Source of the DNA: Psammoneis japonica
Taxonomy: Eukaryota
Assembly: GCA_008632985.1 (NCBI GenBank)
Contig: QPGO01000095.1
Span: 183,681-247,680 of the forward strand
Length of the DNA stretch: 64,000 nucleotides
Reading direction: 5' to 3'
A model generated the notes under the pieces. It did no database searches. It was not told the DNA's origin and saw only the letters and a list, made by a program, of their open reading frames with translations. Below are positions 59,520-64,000 of the stretch, one piece after another; the first letter of the stretch is position 1; each line of letters begins with the position of its first letter. Made by a program: the position numbers and the translations under genes.

Positions 59520-62500
59520 ATGTCTGCATATCAAAGTAGTTTGCTTTCTCAAGTGTATGCTTTTGACATGCCCTCTTCGTCTTCGACTTCAGACGAATCA
59601 GAAAACGACGCAGGCTCTCCGCAACCCCACACGCCGCAAGAGGATGGAACTCTCATGGCGGAATTACACACAGCGCTGGGCGAAGAGCTCCTCGAACAAC
59701 TCGAAATGCAAGAACTTGACGATAAAGATATCGAAAACTTTACAATAGACACGACGGATGTGACAAACAGATCCACAAGCGAGAACGGTTCTCGCCATGG
59801 TGACCAGCCGTCGGCGAAGGGAGTTTCATCGGGCGCTCGTGCGACAGACGTGCAGACAGGTGACGTCATGGCTTCTCAAAAGCAATCCCGCCTTTTGTGC
59901 AACGCGTCCACTGCGAGTACCGCGATCAACGTAGATTCTACGCAAGAGTTGTCAGCGACGCGTGGCAGTCCGTCACTCTCGCGTATCACGACCGACGATG
60001 ACAACATCATTATCTCAGACACACCTCAGATGGACAACATAGGTGCGCTGAACACTCCTAAACAAACGGATTCTCAAGCTCCTCAAGACGCAGAGACAAT
60101 GACTCCCAACATTGCGTCTTTCTCTGTCGACGAAAGTCGAGAATCTAGTCCAGGTGTTGCCGAAGAGGTGATGCCAGATTCTTCTGTACCGACTGACGAG
60201 ATAGAAAGGACGAGCGACCATGAGAAATCAGAAATCGACTTACCAAAGGTGGAAGACCGTGGTGCGGGCAGCTTTAAGGAATTGTCTCGAGAAAAGGATG
60301 TGACTGTTGGAAAGAGCCTTTGATTGATTCGTTAGCTAACGATTCTAATGAGTCGCCTAGTGAAGAGAAGAAGTCAGAGACGCACGACATTGTATCGTCC
60401 TCAGGGAACGAACCGTCAGAAGATCAGAAGCCTGGCGAATCAGAGCATGATACTTCCGAGCCTCTGACACCACCCCGGCGGTTGCCAATATTTGAAAGCA
60501 TCGCAGTCGAGCCAACCTTGTCTCAGGATGAACTTATTCAAGAGGCTTCAAACGAGCCCGACGGCCTGTTTCTCTCTCTGAGCGAGGAATCTGATTCATC
60601 TCGAAAGAGGCTTTCTGATGGCCATTTGAATGAACTGAGAAATACGCCAGATGCATCTCAACGATCGAGCGCCGTCGTCGACGCAGAAGAAGAGTCCACG
60701 GCATCCAAGCTAATTATCCCTGAGGCAGTGAAGCAACCGAGACTGGGAACTCCCGAGCACGAAATGTTTGGCAGAGGAATCTCCTTTGAGCGTCCCTCTT
60801 CCGCCATCTCGGATGACATAAGTTCGCCGTTCTCAGAAAAGGGTGTCTTGTCAGCTAGAAATGCGCAAACATTGGAAGAAATGAGAACTAACGAGATACC
60901 AACGGGATCACCACTTGGAAATGAGCCGTGGAGCGTGCCAATCGGTACTCCATCACAACACAGAAATCTTGTGCCAATGTCCATACAAACAACTCCACCT
61001 GCAAGCTATATGGTGGTTGCTAATGCTCCACAAGTGCAACGCTTTGTCCCAGAAATGCAAAAGGCGCAGCCTGTCCCGTTTGGTGCCTATGCCGTTCAGC
61101 CCCTCCCAAAGGACGTTCTTCAACCTGCGTCTACGGGTGGAAGAAGAAAGATTCGTTTGAAACTCGAAGAAGATGTACCGATGACAGAAAACAATAGACG
61201 TTCGTGGTTTTCCAGGAAAAGTCTATCAAGTCCAAAGCTCGGGTTTTCAAAAAGAAATATGATAGACGCAGTCGATTCAATGGTAAGCCACGTTGACCGG
61301 GGCTCCATTTCAGTTTCATGGTATGAGGGCACGACGTCGGCGGAGCTGCAGGAACACGTGCGAAAAAGCATTGTACGAAAACTTGGATTGCAGGCGAACA
61401 CTCAATTGTTGGGACTTCGTGTTATTGACGAAACAATGGACCCTCCGGAAGGTAAGTTCTTATATGATTGCCGTGCACGCATTTACTACTTTCGGGCGTA
61501 ATCTCATCCTCCTGTTTAACGTTATTAGAAATTGTGCTTTCGTCGTACATTCCTGATGGATCTGAGTTTCTGCTAAGATTTGCGACTAAAGAACCAGAAC
61601 GAGCGAAGCCTTCGACGTTTCCTCGACACTTGTTGCGTCATTCTCATTCAATGGACCCACCGATATCGCCTTCGGCGGCTCTTAGCCCTTATCAGTCTTC
61701 TGTGGATTTACAGGGTCTCAGTGCTGACGAACTGAAGGCTCTCGAGGCGAGATTAGATGGAATGCCGTTATCTGGCGAGACACGGGACGGAACGACGCAA
61801 CGAAGGTCCAAAAGAGAAGTCGCTGCCAGCAAGCTTCCCGGTTCTGTTGCTGTAAACAGCGAGGACAAGCTTCCTGACAGCCCACTGGCTGTTAAAGCAT
61901 CGAGGGAACAAGGGAAAAACAAAGACGGAGATGACACGGAAGAGTATTCAAGAGCTTCGGGATACAGCAATGGCGAAGAATACCCAAAAGATCCAATAGA
62001 GGCGCGACTGCGTCAGATTACGGAACTTCTGCTCTTGGACAGAGAGACGGCACATCGGGAAAGAAGAGGCCGTCGAGAAGAAAAGAAACAAGTCATATTT
62101 GTGTTGGCAAATTACTTTGTCCTATTCTTGTCACTTATTGCAATTTCCGCCGAGATCCAGGCTCGTGCTCCCAGCTGGATGGAGTACCTCGAGAATCAAA
62201 TGGCGAGTGTACAGAAGTGCGCTACAGATCGAGACTCTCTCTTTGAATGTGTATCGAACGGAGACTTTTCCGGTCTTATTGCCTCTTTTGTTCTTTGGAT
62301 AACGCGATCGGCAGCTACTAAACGGATCTTCTTGTTTGGTTTTGAATCGCCGAAGCGATTATGGACCGTTGTCTACGAGGCTCTCGTGACAGCGTTTTGT
62401 TGGGGTACAAGCTACACGTTCATTCGCCGTGGTATGAACCCAGATACGCGAAGAAACTTTCTACAGAAATACTGGAAGGATGCAGTATACGGTAGTCTGG

Positions 62501-62628
62501 CGGGTTTCAATGCTTCGTTCATGAAGGCGGTACTCAAGAATCTAATTCCCCAAGAAGCTTTCGAGAACGCATTGGATGACAGAGAATTGCGACTGAAGAT
62601 CTTCAGTTTTCTGCCGAGCTTTCATTGA
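59520..62628 (+). CDS. Large unknown protein: acidic disordered N-terminus and C-terminal transmembrane domain; frameshift near 60312, intron ~61452-61529
   Basis: Three abutting ORFs (267, 393 and 386 aa). GTAAGT at ~61452 and TAG at ~61527-61529 join DPPE|EIVLSSYIPDG. Hydrophobic VIFVLANYFVLFLSLIAISA. Confidence 0.7.
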
Positions 62629-62943
62629 CGATGGCAAGCCAGCAAAAGGATACCTACCCACACAATAGAATATAGAAAATAAGAGGTATGAGAAGCTGAA
62701 GGTATTGATCCTACAGCGTTCATTAACTGATCTTGCACTCTCTAGCTAGCTAGAGGTCAACAAAGCACCGCAGCGACGACGACTCCTCACTCCTCCACCC
62801 ATCAAGCTGAGTCGAATGAGTCATCCGCAGTTGCTCAGTCGTGATTGCATGCACGTTTCAAAGTTGACACCTCCGTTATGGCATGCGGATGGAGTGGCAC
62901 ATCAGAAACTGTGTGAACGAGTATTCTACCAGGTCACCCCTGA

Positions 62944-64000
62944 ACATCGCTCTTTTGTGTTCGTAGTGCGCTTTTGTGTGGAAACGCGCTTCGCTGGGTG
63001 TTTGGCGGCGAGGATCCAATTGGATGCGTGAAGCATCCTGACGAGTATTCCACGTCACCGTTCTTTGAAGAAAAACAAGATTTGTTTTTCACGCCCTGTC
63101 ACGAAATCGAAATTCCCGTCGTCCCAAACGGATATTCCTCATATGACGCTGAATTGTGCGGGACCTTGACAAACGACGTGACTAACAAGTCGCGCGACCT
63201 TTGGTGTTATTACGATGTGGTCGAGAAGCAGTTCTGTGGTGCATTGACGGACAACAAAGACACGACAGTTCACATAGAAGAAGAGTCCTTCGATTGCTGG
63301 AATGAACTGGATCGTCCTTATACGGTTTCTGACCAAGAGAACTCGCAAGTGGTCCTTAAGGCCGGGCCATGCTCTGAAGGAAGCGTTCGCACGCCTGATA
63401 TATTTGAGGGAATGACAGACAAGGCATTGAACACTTACAATGAGCGGCTAAACAGTGCTTTTGAATGCCCTTTTCAATCTTTGGTTCCGGCGAAAGCGAA
63501 AGATAGCCGTATAACCAGGGTGGGATTCCGGTCTTGCTCGGATAATCTTTGCTTTCCGTGGTCAACATTCATGGAATTCAATTTGACTGGTGGTCGCGTC
63601 GAAAGTTCGGCTTTTCTTTCTCAGCGTAAAGGGAACCAGGTGTGCTTTTCTTATTCTGTAGATGAAATCTATGGATTCTTCAAGAAGTACAACACTACGT
63701 GTGCATCGTGCTGCGTTGACGAAGGAAAAGAAATCGAGATGTATCGAGGTAGCATGCACTTGGATGATGATACCATTGTCACGAAAATGACCTTCAAAGT
63801 TTTTGCTGAGTCATCAAATAATCGGCTGGTGGGTCGTTTTCGTCCAGTGACTCTCGAGCTTGCTTCCGAGCAACAGATCGCCGTTAACAGCAGCAAGCAA
63901 GATTCGTTTTCCTTCCGAACTTCTGCTGCGACCGCTTCTGTTGCTTTTGTGTTGCTGGTGCTGTTCCTTATGCACCGTAAAGACCAGGCTCGCCGACGGG
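62944..64000 (+). CDS. Unknown Cys-containing protein with a hydrophobic helix near the window end; runs off the window, start not identified
   Basis: Manual translation gives an open frame from 62944 to the end (FGGEDPIGCVKHPDEY...ASVAFVLLVLFLMHRKDQARRR). It is missing from the ORF track, presumably because no stop is reached. Confidence 0.55.

Noticed and set aside
40670..60325. Single-base frameshifts in three host genes (~40677, ~55808, ~60312) and in copia gag (~53491) as pseudogenisation or programmed frameshifting
   Set aside because: Each falls in a short homopolymer, and a 1-base fix restores a sensible protein (e.g. the canonical EF loop DQDGNGVLNAAE). Long-read consensus errors are more parsimonious. 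They do warn that polishing is imperfect.

Overview
Eukaryotic genomic DNA, most likely from a diatom: the Ty1/copia pol is CoDi-like and the genes are compact with short introns. Host genes include an LMBR1-family membrane protein, a bZIP factor, a coiled-coil protein, a NEDD4-like HECT E3 ligase, an EF-hand protein, a ricin-B lectin protein and unknown membrane proteins. They alternate with transposon-derived blocks: two young copia LTR elements with intact 5-bp TSDs, Gypsy relics, a Crypton-like tyrosine-recombinase relic, a 1.4-kb foldback and MITE-like elements. There is also a ~4-kb duplication carrying a PD-(D/E)xK nuclease + kinase gene. The standout signal is an apparent transposon-targeted hypermutation that converts TpA to TpG or CpA (A:T->G:C on both strands), the reverse of fungal RIP. 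It accounts for 13 of 15 and 11 of 12 differences between paired LTRs and turns conserved Tyr into His or Cys. It spares the 5' LTR/leader of both copia elements and the duplicated gene, and together with slower CpG decay it leaves older relics almost free of TA and CG. All counts are by eye. A modification-driven base-calling artefact still has to be excluded, because several single-base frameshifts suggest imperfect polishing.
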